A stretch of DNA of 63,975 nt, counting the filler, from Basidiobolus ranarum (lineage: Eukaryota), in the NCBI GenBank assembly GCA_040143965.1. It is 3 parts of 3 records of this genome, joined end to end, with 100 filler letters (N's around TTAATTAATTAA, not from the genome) between each part and the next. Parts side by side here need not be neighbours in the genome. Positions count along the whole stretch, not along the records: positions 1 to 22,553 come from JASJQH010007059.1; positions 22,654 to 45,147 come from JASJQH010007060.1; 1 more part is not named here. One strand, written 5' to 3'. Shown piece by piece: positions 14,129 to 26,405 of the stretch (position 1 is the stretch's first letter; every line of letters begins with the position of its first letter). The notes beneath the pieces are model-generated. The model had not been told where the DNA came from. It did no database searches and worked only from the letters and a program-made list of their open reading frames with translations. Position numbers and translations under genes: made by a program.

Positions 14129-15095
14129 ATGTCCACTTACGTTGTAACCGGTGCTTCTCGTGGCCTGGGACTCGAATACGTTCGCCAAATTCTTCAAAAG
14201 AACGGAGCCAGGGTTTTTGCTTGCTGTAGAAATCCCTCATCTGCAGCCCAACTTGACGAATTAAAGCGCACATCTGGGAATAGGTTAAGCATTCACAAAT
14301 TAGATGTTACCGATGAAAAGTCTGTGAAAGTAAGCACTATGTAGACCATTATTGGACGATCATTTGAGCAAAACTCCCTAACATGTATTTTCACTGATTT
14401 AGACAAGTGTTGATGAGATTTCAAAGCTTGCAGATGAAGGCATCGATGTGTTGATAAACAATGCTGGTGCTTTGATTAGTACTGATGGGTTGACCAAAAT
14501 GTAAGCGTGTGATTATTGATTATGTTTTTGGTAGACGTCATTATTCACGAATTTGTGTAGAAAAAAAACGGAGTTAGAAAGCATGTTTGCCACTAATGTT
14601 AGTGGCCCAGTGATCGTGGCTCAGGAATTTATTCCATTGTTAGAGCGTGGCAAAAAGAAGCAAATCATCAATATTAGTTCTGACCTGGGGTCAATTGGAT
14701 GCAATACTAATGTCCCTTTCACCATGGGATATGGTGTATCTAAGGCTGCTTTGAATATGGGTTCGTGTGTCTTATTTACTCATCTGTGTAGGAGTATTAC
14801 GGGCTAATCATATTCTCCCTTTACAGTTACTGCTTGCTTGGCTAAGGAGCTTGGGGAGAAGAACTTTACTGTCATTTCTCTACATCCTGGTTGGGTTCAA
14901 ACTGGTTAGTAAATAATTCTAGAACTGTTCAAATATTTGATTCTCATCAACTATTATTATGTAGATATGGGTGGAGAAAATGCCGACATTACTACCGAGC
15001 AGAGTATTGCAGGAATGTTGAAGGTAGTGGATGGATTATCTAATCCTGATAACGGTAAATTCTTTAGCTATGATGGAAGTGCCATGCCTTGGTAA
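14129..15095 (+). CDS. Short-chain dehydrogenase/reductase (CsgA/C-factor-like), copy 1, 4 introns
   Basis: VVTGASRGLG Rossmann motif, DVLINNAG, catalytic YGVSK, SLHPGWVQTDMGG, C-terminal DGSAMPW. Confidence 0.93.
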
Positions 15096-16200
15096 ACCTT
15101 TGTACTTCTTTCGTTCAAAAAGATCATGTTCTTAATCAATATAAATAGTATATAACACTTGAATTAAAAATGGCATTGCTTTGCTTGATTTCATAACACA
15201 GAAGGATAGTGATTAATATGTGCCTGAAATATTGATATACGTAATGGGTATACTTTCATTTTATGTGTTGATAATGTCGATACTACCTTCAACCATTGTA
15301 TGGCCTCCAGCGCCGAGCATTAAATATCAATCAATTACAAAAGATAAAAACTATGCAAATAATTTTGATGGCAAACTAAGACAAGGTTAACTTCATATGC
15401 AAGCAAACTGGCTGTTACTTTATCATACTGTCAAATTTAGTTCCTGGAATGAAAGCGTCTCTAGTATTAATGCAATGGCCATGTTAAATATTCTAGTTGG
15501 AAAGAACAATTGAACAAAATAAATCAGTTACAAATACCAGTAGAATACAATAATGAATGCATATAATAAATTCCACTAACTGTACCAAGAACTCCAATCA
15601 ACTCTGATGCCTTAAACCTCCCTCATCCAATATTCGTGATGCTAGGTTGCTATAAAAATCATGGCATTCCAAATGTTCCGTAAAATAATCATTAGCTTGG
15701 TGATACGATTTAGCCTATAAGCCGCACCAGATCGCTGGATTCAACCAATGCTGGGTTTGTATACGTTACTGACAATCCCGGTCTCAGTCGGAGTTTATGA
15801 TCAATTCGTCCTAATTTAGATATTTTACACAATATCTGGTGAATTAATTGTTAGCAAAAATACCTTGCTTAAATGATTGGATAAAAGATTCGGTAAATGA
15901 TTCATTCAGCAGTAGCCAGGTTTCATCTTGAGGGTGCCATATAGGTGAAAGAAGAAAGCAATGGGTTAGGGTTACTACATCACATCCTAACTGTGAAATA
16001 TATGCCACGTTGCTTAGGTGCATACAAGAAGCTCTTAAAATTCTCCATATCTGCTGTGATGACTAATACATCACCAAACAATCACTGCGATAGAGCAAAT
16101 GAAAGCCTTTCATATCTCCGGTGTATTAGTAATCTTCATATAATCAGAAAATATAAATGTCAAGGTCGTGTCACTATTAACTCAGATTTAATTTTCTTTC

Positions 16201-17161
16201 ATGTCCACTTACGTTGTTACCGGTGCTTCTCGTGGCTTAGGACTCGAATACGTACGCCAAATTCTACAGAAGAATGAAACTAGAGTGTTCGCTTGCTGTA
16301 GAAATCCCTCATCAGCAGCTCAACTTGATGAATTGAAGCGTTCATCTGGGAACAGGTTAACCATCCACAAACTCGATGTTACTGATGAGGCGTCCGTGAA
16401 GGTAAGTGGTGCTAGGGGTTATGCCAGGCGATTATCTAATCCTTCTGACTATTATCTCTGTTGATTTAGGCAAGTGCTGATGAGATTTCGAAGCTTGCTA
16501 GTGATGGGATCGATGTGTTGATAAATAATGCAGGCACTCATATCATAACTGACGGACTGCTCAAAACGTAAGCGTGGGTGTGTTTTCGGTTTTTCAATTG
16601 CCATACTTATTTATGAATTTCGATAGCAAGAAGTCTGAATTAGAAAGCATGTTTGCCACTAATGTTAGTGGCCCAGTGATCGTGGCTCAGGAATTTATTC
16701 CATTGCTAGAGCGTGGAAAGAAGAAGCAAATCATCAATATTAGTTCTATCCTAGGGTCAATTAAAATCAATGCTAATCTTCCTTCCACCATGGGATATGG
16801 TGTAACCAAGACTGCTTTGAATATGGGTTTGTATGCCTTATTTACACATCTATATAGGAGCATTAAGGACTAATCATATTCTCTTTTTGCAGTCACTGCT
16901 TGCTTGGCTAAAGAGCTTGGGGAGAAGAACTTTACTGTCATTTCTCTACATCCTGGTTGGGTTCAAACTGGTTAGTAAATAATTCTAGAACTGTTCAAAT
17001 ATTTGATTCTCATCAACTATTATTATGTAGATATGGGTGGAGAAAATGCCGACATTACTACAGAGCAGAGTATTGCAGGAATGTTGAAGGTAGTGGATGG
17101 ATTATCTAATCCTGATAACGGTAAATTCTTTAGCTATGATGGAAATGCCTTACCGTGGTAA
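16201..17161 (+). CDS. Short-chain dehydrogenase/reductase (CsgA/C-factor-like), copy 2, 4 introns
   Basis: Tandem paralog with the same intron positions; YGVTK; ends DGNALPW. Confidence 0.93.
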
Positions 17162-17606
17162 AGCATTACATCTGGTTCATCGGAAAAGCTTATTTTTGCT
17201 GCTTGAATAATAATTAGCAGTTGCTTTAAAAATGTAACTAACCGACACTTTGCCTGATGGCAGAAGGATAGAGTGATCTATACAGGAAGAAGGTACGACT
17301 AAAATAAACAAATGGTGCATACTTTAAAAGATCTTTATAGAATTGAGTTGGAAAGACAAAGAAAGAGACTTCCATTTAGAGCTCAACAAAGTTAATATTC
17401 ATTACTATTGGAGAAGAGATGTAATGTTAAAACGATTATGACTGAGTGGCAATAATAGGTAGGCAAGATATTTAAGGCATTATGGATCTTTTCAAAGTCA
17501 TATATCTTCCTCACAAATAATTTTTATTACAACAGAATTGAACTATTAATCAGCATTCTTTGTTGACTCGGCAAAATATGGAATAACTAAATACTAAGCT
17601 ATATAT

Positions 17607-17955
17607 TGTTAAAGTATTTGGGAGCCTGTTGGAAGTGATTTGGAGAATTAGAGATATTGGTGGTTTTCACTTGTTGATTTATTGAGTTGAAAGTTGGCAT
17701 ATATAGTTCTGTCAAGATGTAAGCAAACTAACTTGTAGAATGTGTTAATCAAAGGTCCTAAAAGCATGTGTGCAGAGTTTGGGACTTCTGGCACAAGTTT
17801 AAAAAGTCTATATATCTGAAAACTTCCACGTTGGTAAAAATATTTTAAGAAAACTCAGATTGAGAATAATTGGTAATATCTTAGTTCAATATAGGATTAC
17901 TAAATACTAAGCTATATATGACTATACAGGTGTTTCGGCAATGCTAATCTCAACA
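17607..17955 (-). mobile_element. Solo LTR, family A
   Basis: TGTTAAAG...CTCAACA, 349 bp, homologous to 25496-25843; directly preceded by a short fragment of the same LTR. Confidence 0.85.
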
Positions 17956-18149
17956 TGTGTTTTGTTTAGTTAGTTCATTAGCTTTGCACTTAATAATTTG
18001 CATTGCTGTGTAAAGTATAAAAAATATCAATGCACCCATCAAGTATAGTGTGGGTCTCAATGAAAATCACAACTTTGTAAAAGCTTTTACTTCAAAGCTA
18101 TGTGGAGGTTTAGTAGCTACATCATGTTGCCACAGTTGAGAAGGTCCTA

Positions 18150-18480
18150 GGTCCAAATCTTTACTAGAGTCTTTTGCAAGTGGTTTGGAGAAATGGAGAA
18201 ATTGGTGGTCTTCACTTATAAATTTATTGAGTAGAAACTTGACACATTTAGTTTGGTCAAGATGAAGACAAACTAACATGTGGAATGTGTTAAAGAAAAT
18301 CCCAGGAACATGTGTGCAATGTTTGCACTTCTAGCACAAGTTTGAAGAATCTATATTTCTGAGAACATCTGAGTAAATTCCAATTCAGAATTATGGGTAA
18401 TATATTGGCAGAATATAGGATAAATAAGTACCAGTCTATATATGACTATATAAGTGCTTAGACAATGCTGATTTCAGTAT
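18150..18480 (-). mobile_element. Degenerate LTR, family A
   Basis: Shares AAGTGGTTTGGAGAA, GTCAAGATG and CATGTGTGCAA blocks with the other copies; termini eroded. Confidence 0.7.
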
Positions 18481-18661
18481 TTGCCAGAACAAAATTGTTC
18501 CTCAGATACTTTGTACATGTTATTTCACATGTAGTAAAAATATAAATATTCTGTATTTGACTTGTTCACATCTCCCAGCATTGGCACTTCATTTATCTCT
18601 GGCATGGAGATATATTATCATTATAAATGATTCTTTCCATGACACCTGAAGGACTCAGTAG

Positions 18662-19007
18662 TGTTGGGAAGTTTTGGAGGTATTGAAGTGAAATAGATCA
18701 CTGTAAGAAAGTATGGTTTTCACTTGTTGTCTGATGAGTTGAAGCTTTTATAATCATACTTCTGTATAAAGCACTAGAAACCAATAATGATGGGGAACAT
18801 ACCACAATATAATGTACAATGTTTGGGGACTTTCGAGAAACTATCAAATTTCAGCATTCCTAAATATTATTAATTAAATAGAAACAAAATTCTTCCCAAT
18901 TAAGTTCTCCCAACTTCTAATGATTAATTTCAACTATGTATCAGATAACCGATGTATATTTAAACACAAAGTATTGCCAGAGCAAGGCTAAGTCAGTAAT
19001 ATCAATA
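18662..19007 (-). mobile_element. Highly diverged LTR-like relic related to family A
   Basis: Starts TGTTG, contains TGGTTTTCACTTGTTG, ends ATCAATA; similar length. Confidence 0.4.
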
Positions 19008-19816
19008 CTGTCTTATCCATTTGCCTTTTTTCTTTATATTCATACAAACATGAGCTATTAGTGCTGAGGAGTAACAGTGTTCCAGCTTTTCATCGTTATC
19101 GTAATTTATTCAAAATATAACATCAAAGTTGTAGTAGTAATGATCATAAATTTATGATCATTTTGACATCATTGATAGCTTTATTGCCACACTGCATATG
19201 TTCCTCCATATATGTGCGATCTGAAAGCCTATCCAAATATGTATTGTCTTGATTCTCTGGCGCAGTGAAATCACACTGTCTTTCCCTGTGCAGCTCATGG
19301 ATAGTATAACTTTAGCACTGTCATCATTCTCTTATTTTCTAGTGCTGTAAAATGTTGCTTCATATACATTCAAAGGTGCTAGCAATCTTATTACACTTCC
19401 CAGCAATATTGTGGAATAGTGTATTGTGATACTAACATTTGGATTGTTGCCTTCATTAAAAGTTTAGAGACTAAACAAGGCTTTGGTATACACATCCAAG
19501 TATGCTACGCTATCATTTGCTCTCGGATACAAAGAGACATATAAAACTTCAATCATTGGTACATCTTTGTGAAGTTATATTACAACATTGCTAGGGAATT
19601 TGGATTTCGACTTCGATGTGTATGATTTGTTTAATTTGTGACATCAATGCAACATGATTAGAGTGGTGCTTAGATACATGGTTTCGTAATACCAATGGTA
19701 GCATCGATAGCTTAGGGCCAGGCAAAAAAAAGAATGACTGCTTGTGCTGTTTTGGAAAGCAATAAGAGATCTATTAAACTTCAGAATTGTCAATGTTAAG
19801 GCCAGTGAATTGTGGC

Positions 19817-21151
19817 TTATTCCGGTTTAGGGAATTCATTCAGTGACAATGCATTGATACACACTCCGAGCACCATATCCTCGTCAACAATCTCCTGTGC
19901 TTTCTCACGTTCCAAGATTTCATCACCCAATTGGAAGAGGAAATTGTCTTTACCCATAAGCAGAAATAACTTATTGGGGAAATCAGGGAACTCGGCAAGT
20001 TCTCCTCTCAACCCCTCCTCTTGCCCCACAAGTGTACACAAATTCTTGGCTGCGATGTGACCTCCATACATGGCAAGACCTGCAAGTTTCATCACACTAC
20101 GGTTACAAACATCCCCAATGGCGAAGATATGTGAATACTTTGGATCATCAATCTGCATGGTTTTGTTGACACGAATCGCATTTTGGGAGAAGATTGGTTC
20201 ATCCGTAGATGAGGGTAGATTGACAACCGAAGCTTTGTTCTTTGTTCCTGTGCAGTTGATGACCCAGTCAGCTTTGATATTGCGCTGACTTGTAGTTGTC
20301 AGTTCAATGTTGTACTTGATCGTTGAAATCAATTCAGGAAGTATATCTTCGTGATTAGTGGCTGATTTGGTTTCCGAAAGTTGGACCTCGGAGATCAGTT
20401 CGGTAAGTGTATCGCTGGGATCCTTGGCCGTTTTGGTACTTGAGCTGAGAGGATTTTCCTTAATTACACGCTCACCAAGGATCATGTTAACTCCAATGTC
20501 TTCCCTGAGAATACGTACAACCTCCTGGCGAAATTCATCCCTGAATGGTCCAGAAATTGGTAGAGCCCGTGAATGAATAAGCGTGACATCCTTCTCGGGG
20601 AAATCACACTTTACATCAGCTGCCATTTCAATACCAACTGCACCTCCTCCGACCACTACAACAGATTTGGAGTCTTTGATGTCATAATGGTGTTTGAGCA
20701 GCTCCTTCATAAATTCGCCTTTTGTAGATGCACTGACACCAATGGGTGTTCCGCGGCTCTGGCCAAGTGCCATGATAAGATAGTCAAAGTTAATTTCTCC
20801 ATTGTCAGCCAGCTTGACGTTGTTGGCAGTGATCTCTCTAATGATTCCTTGTCGTACTGTAATTGAAGGGTGTGATAGCCATGGGACATTACGATAAGGA
20901 ACCCATAGTTTCTCTCCAAAATCTGGCTCAGTGAGGGCTCGTGTCATTCCCATAAAGTGGACAAAACCATCACGCCTGTCCACCAGTGTAATGCGCACAT
21001 TTTGGTTGGGAGGTGACTGTTGCGAGCCATCATAGCCTCTTGGTGCGAGCAGGTGAGTATAAAGGCACTTAAGTGCATTAAGACCGGCGTAGTTACCACC
21101 AGCGACAAGGATGTGGATAGGCTTTAGGCCAAGTTGGGCAACAGCGACCAT
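19817..21151 (-). CDS. FAD/NAD(P)H oxidoreductase, AIF/AMID (FSP1)-like
   Basis: Intronless, 444 aa from MVAVAQ; ILVAGGNYAG, FDYLIMALG, VVVVGGGAVGIEMAAD, HIFAIGD. Confidence 0.9.
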   Translation of the reverse strand: MVAVAQLGLKPIHILVAGGNYAGLNALKCLYTHLLAPRGYDGSQQSPPNQNVRITLVDRRDGFVHFMGMTRALTEPDFGEKLWVPYRNVPWLSHPSITVRQGIIREITANNVKLADNGEINFDYLIMALGQSRGTPIGVSASTKGEFMKELLKHHYDIKDSKSVVVVGGGAVGIEMAADVKCDFPEKDVTLIHSRALPISGPFRDEFRQEVVRILREDIGVNMILGERVIKENPLSSSTKTAKDPSDTLTELISEVQLSETKSATNHEDILPELISTIKYNIELTTTSQRNIKADWVINCTGTKNKASVVNLPSSTDEPIFSQNAIRVNKTMQIDDPKYSHIFAIGDVCNRSVMKLAGLAMYGGHIAAKNLCTLVGQEEGLRGELAEFPDFPNKLFLLMGKDNFLFQLGDEILEREKAQEIVDEDMVLGVCINALSLNEFPKPE

Positions 21152-21389
21152 GAGAGAAGTTTGAAATAGTAATAAAGAAAAGAAAGATGATAGACTTAAG
21201 AATGGATGAAAATAGTTGTTAAATAACCAAAATCTGATAAGCCATTCAAACCAATAAGAGTTGGTCACATATCTGATAAAAGAACCTCATTCTAACTAAT
21301 TAGGTTTTACCTTTGACCCAATCATGGTCTGAAGTGCTATCAGATTTATCATCAGACGGAAATTAGGAACTCGTGGTAAAACGGTGTAA

Positions 21390-21740
21390 TGCTAAAAAGT
21401 ACATTGTTGTTGGCAGTCTGTTTGCTATTAACTTTATGAACACTATGGACACTAGTGCTACTGCAACCATCATACCGAATGTTCTAAGTGAATACAATGG
21501 TTTGACAAAGTGCAGGGCTCTCACAAGCATCTCTAATTGCCAACATACGTCCAATATTTGCAAAAAAGCTCATATTCTAGGATAAGCTGGATACAGTACA
21601 ATTGTAATCATTCTTATTGCTGACTTCATCCCACTTCATCTGCGTGGCTCGCTTAATGGATAAATGGTAATCACCACCGTAATAGATGTATACCTAGGGC
21701 CCGTTGTTGCATTTACCTTGCTCATAAAGTGGTGCTGGGT
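21390..21740 (+). pseudogene. MFS drug:H+ antiporter (DHA2-like) relic
   Basis: Fragments SLFAINFMNTMDTSATATIIPNVLSEYN and ILIADFIPLHLRG...LGPVV with an in-frame stop and most helices missing. Confidence 0.6.
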
Positions 21741-22553
21741 TTACGGCCTGTTGATACACCTGAGCTCGTTTCAATATGTGATGAAGGGGCTCTAACTCTC
21801 GCAGGCTCTGCCATGCTCTCTCCAGCCCCATATGACCTTAGCAAAGATCAAAAAAGAGAGGTAGAGGCAGAGGTAACAGGATAGTATGGACGTTTATTGG
21901 TATATTGCATTTTTAATAACATATATATATTGTAAGTTCTATATAAAGTTACGAAGATTAACCAGTCACATCTGTCTCCAAACTGGTTAGGTTTCTTGCA
22001 GATCATATTGTTCGTTTCTCTCCACAAATGGAAATGCCGTCATGTCTGATCTTCTCTCGGTAATCAAAGGGAAATTTATTCCAACAGATATTCTAGAATT
22101 GTAAACACTAGAGTGAACACTGGAATTATATTCATATTTAATGTGTCAATTTTTGGGGTTATGTATATTCTTGTTGACAAGCATGTATTCATATATATAT
22201 ATCATTGCCGGTTGTCTACATCAAGAAACTAACTTCCAGATTACTGCACTCATTGTGTATACAACTTTCATTATTAAACTCGATGGCGTGATCCATATCG
22301 TATGCGCGTTCATTTCAAGTTTCTGCGCGAACAAAACCAGCGTAGTATGGAATATATTTATGGGAGTCGTGAAGGGTTGGAAATATACCCATGCAACATT
22401 AGTGAAAAATGGAGCAGTGCTTTTGAGGACGATTTCCACCAAAATCAATTAGAATCCAACAGCCATACCCTTTGGGGGATAAAGGCGCTAAGTGGTGTGG
22501 ACTTTATTTTGCGTATATACTAATCTATACAAAGTGGCAATGAATACAGGAAT

Positions 22554-22653
22554 NNNNNNNNNNNNNNNNNNNNNNNNNNNNNNNNNNNNNNNNNNNNTTA
22601 ATTAATTAANNNNNNNNNNNNNNNNNNNNNNNNNNNNNNNNNNNNNNNNNNNN
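22554..22653. other. Assembly gap with artificial six-frame-stop linker
   Basis: N44-TTAATTAATTAA-N44. Confidence 0.97.
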
Positions 22654-25495
22654 TGCTCTGCTGATATATCCTGCTTAAACAGTTCTAAGATTCTGCACTT
22701 AACTGTTTCTTTGGTTCAGTAAAGTTCAAGACTTTTTATCCACTTTTCTCTTGGACACAACAGGCTGGATTTGGTTTTCTCCAAAGACTGCAAGTCATTG
22801 GTTGCTATGTTAAAGCCATCTACCTATAAGACTAATAAAGCTGGGTTTGTCTTATATGGCCTGAAGTAGATACTATAGTCAGCACTACTCTTTTTGAATT
22901 TGAGTGTTTCCAAAAGAGCATATATCTAGCTATTCCAAGCTCTTGGGGATTGTTTTAAGCCATAGAGTGATTTCTGGAGTCTGCAAACTTTTTAGGTTTT
23001 TCTGGGTCCACAAATTCATCTGGCTGGTTCATATAGAGCTTCTTAGCAAGTTCTTCATCTTAAAAAAGCAGGTTTAACATTCATATGATCTATAATAACC
23101 TGATATTTGGCTGAAATTGCTAAAATCAGTAAAAATGAATTATACTTTGCTACAGGAGCAAAAGTTTCTGTATAATCTATTCCTGGTGTTTGGGAATAGC
23201 GTCTGGCTACTAGTCTAGCCTTGTATCTTTCTATATTGCCATCAGAGTTGTATTTAACTTCATATGCACATTGGCAGCCAATTAATTTTCTATCATCAGG
23301 TCAGTTGGTTAAAATCTGAGTTTCATTATCAATCAAAGCATGGTACTCATCAGCCATTGCAGATCTCCAAAATTTCATGTGAGGGCCATTCAGGGCCTCT
23401 TTTACAGTCTAAGGCTCATGTATTTAAGCTGTGCAAGCATAGGCCCAATTTTGAGACTCATGATATAGTAATCAGGGCTGTTTCTGCTCCAATCTTATCT
23501 CCTAGTTTGGGATAAAGATACTACAACTTCTGGTATTGTATTGGGCTCTTCAGTAGGCAAAATTTTAGCTGAAGGGTCCACAGGAATGCTATTTTCTTCA
23601 TTGTTTTGGTTTGAATCAATTTGAATGATTGCATCAGTTGAAAATTGATTTTTGTCATCATCTGAGATCATTTTGGGGGAAAAATTTTCATTGGCATTAA
23701 GCAAATATGCCTGGACTTGATTAACTTGGAAATTTTGGTATCATAGATTCTGTAGGCCTTAGTTTGGGTGCAATAATCCAGAAATACACACTTCCTACTT
23801 TTTGGATCAAATTTGGACCAATTTCTGGTCATAATATTGACATAAGCAATGCATGCAAAGATTCTCAAATGTTTTACATCAGGTTTACCTCCAAACCAAG
23901 CTTGATATGATGTAGAGTTTGAGACACTGCCAGTAAAACTTCTATTCATCAGATATTCAGCTGTAGCAACAGATTCTGCTCAAAAGTTATAAGAAAATTT
24001 TGTGCACTTATCATATATCTTGCATTTCTTTTATAGTCCTGTTAGCTCTTTCAGCAACTCCATTTGGTTGAGGTGCATAGGGGGCAGTAGTTTTTTCTTA
24101 ATTCCATGGACTATGCAAAAGTGCTTAAATAGTGTTGAAGTATATTCTCCACCATTATCAATATGTATTTTCCTGATTTTAGTTCCATTTTCAGCCTCCA
24201 CAAGTGTTTTAAAATCTCTAAAGATAGAGAGAGTTTCTTCTTTCCTTTACACAAAGTAGACACAAGTGTATTCTGTATAATCATCAATAAATGTGATCAA
24301 ATATCTTTTTCCATCTAAAGATGAATTTTGCATTGGTCCACACAAATATGAATGAATTAGCTCCAATTTTTTGACATATTTGATAATACCAGAGCTCTTG
24401 AATGGTTGCCTGGCTTGTTCTCCATATATACAACCCTCACAAATTTCCATCTTGGTTGGAGGATTGATTTGAATTCCCAAAATTAGGCAATTTTTGATTA
24501 TTTTGCTCACATAATCAAATCAAATATGGCCAAATCTCTTATACCATAATTGAATAGTTTCTTGATTAGAATAACTTATATTTACACATAAACCTCTTGG
24601 ATTATATATAAGTTTGTATAATTTCTGATCCTTTCTTCCAAACCTAAGTAATTCTCATTTTGATCAGTGATGGTGCATCCTGACTTATCAAAATTGGAGT
24701 TTAGCCCTTTTGAGGTGGCCTTGCATACAGATATTAAATTCTTGGCAATATCTGGAACCTGTAGTACATCCTTAAAAGTATATACTTTCTCTTCAGAAGC
24801 TCCAGTTAAATTGACTTGAATTGTTCCCATTCCAATAGCTTCCAATATACAGTCATCTCCCATGAAAACCTTTCTAATTAGGACTTCTTCATAATCTGCA
24901 AACCAATGTGTTTCATTTGTGAAATGTTGAAAAGCTCCAAAATCAATATACCACATCTGGGAATCCTTGTTGGAAGTCTTCAATAGAGCAGCTATGAACA
25001 AGTGATCTTCTGTTGTCATCACATTTCCAGATTCAGTATATTTTTCTTCTTTCACAATCCTTTTGAAGCAATCTTTGCTCAAATGGCCAGTTCTTTTACA
25101 GTGATCACAGAATGTGTTATTTTTCTTCTCAAAGTGCTTTGGGCCTTTATAGGAAGGTTTCCTATAGCCTATTTAAATGTTTTCTTCATTCTTTTGGTTG
25201 GATCCTGATTTGCGTAAGTCTTCATCCAGAATTTGGCCAAATACAAAGGTAATATATTCAGTTATTGATTCTAGAGCCATAACATTATACTGAAACTTGT
25301 GTGGCAGGCTATTCAGGACTGCAACTATGATATTTTGATCAATAGTAGGTACTCCAATGCCTTCCTTTTCATTCACTAAAATAGTAACTCAATTAATTGG
25401 TGCTTTAATGTTCTCTCATGGCTTCCTCTTTAAGTTTAAGAATTGTCTTCTTAAAACATCTTGTTGGCAGCAGAACTTGATTGGCAGGTGTCTTC
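22654..25495 (-). mobile_element. Decayed Ty1/Copia gag-pol (family A)
   Basis: Minus-strand order gag, protease (WYIDFGAFQHF), integrase (CEGC, LELIHSYLCGPM, FIDDYT, KFDPKSRKC), RT (RYKARLVA); many stops and frameshifts. Confidence 0.92.
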
Positions 25496-25843
25496 TGTTA
25501 AAGTATTTGGGAGCCTGTTGGAAGTGGTTTGGAGAATTAGAGGAACTGGTGTTTTTCACTTGTTGATTGATTGAGTAGCATGTTGACATTTATAGTTTTG
25601 TCAAGATGTAAACAAACAAGTGTGTAGAATGTGTTAAGGAAAGTCCTAGGAATATGTGTGCAAAGTTTGGGACTTCTAGCACAAGTTTCAAAAATCTATA
25701 TATCTGAGAACTTCTAATTTGATAAAAATATTCCAAGTAAATTCCAATTGAGAATAATTGATAATATCTTAGTGAATGAGAAGATAACTAAGTACTAAGC
25801 TATATATTACTATATAGGTGTTTAGGCAAAGCTGATCTCAACA
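25496..25843 (-). mobile_element. LTR, family A, abutting a truncated gag
   Basis: TGTTAAAG...CTCAACA, 348 bp; the junction falls mid-gag by comparison with the copy near 44035. Confidence 0.85.
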
Positions 25844-26405
25844 TCTATCTCAAATGACTTGTACAGATTGAATTTTCCACTACATAGCTGAGCAAGTAGA
25901 ATTGGAATGTTGTTGAATAGTAAGTGTATAGTGTGTAATGGGAAACTTTGGCTCCAGCTGATCCCCTGTAGCAATATAATCTTAGGCTTACAGCTAATAC
26001 CAAGTTTGATGTTATACTGACTGTTTGCTGAATTGATGTCAGTGATCATGTTAAAATCTGATTGGGCTCTTGATGGTAAAATCATGGAGTTTAGTTTTGT
26101 ATTTTGATAGTAGTCATACCTGTGTGTTAATTTAGGCCCAGGTGTGATGTATAGTATTGAGATATCATGACTCATATGCAGTTCAGAGGGAGGACGATTC
26201 AAGTTAATTGATATTATAGGCCAGCAAGCCTTTCCATTAGGATACTTGTTTAGTGAGGAACCATTCAGAGCCAATGCAAATACATGATCATATGTGTTCT
26301 CAAAGAAACCTTGACTTTTCAGATTCTGGTAGTAATATCCATGAGTTATTTTTATAACGCCATCAGCTTTATGGTGAGTACTTTAGTACTGGATCAATGA
26401 TCTAT
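25844..26405 (-). mobile_element. CACTA/EnSpm Tnp2-type transposase fragment
   Basis: GYYYQNLKSQGFF...ALALNG...GKACWPIISINLNRPP...ITPGPK resembles the Tnp2 DG...WP..N.PP...PGP core. Confidence 0.75.

Noticed and set aside
10787..21151. GH20, SDR pair and AMID genes as a biosynthetic gene cluster
   Set aside because: No backbone enzyme or shared pathway logic; genes are separated by LTR debris.
21152..21268. N-terminal extensions in the ORF track (AMID here; also 12744-12824, 58290-58448, 63109-63189)
   Set aside because: Non-ATG starts running through UTR/promoter-like sequence; downstream ATGs give proper N-termini.
22141..22523. Overlapping short ORFs next to the gap
   Set aside because: No recognisable motif in any frame; truncated by the gap.
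22598..22609. Palindromic TTAATTAATTAA inside N-runs (also 45192-45203)
   Set aside because: Artificial contig linker with stops in all frames; not biological.
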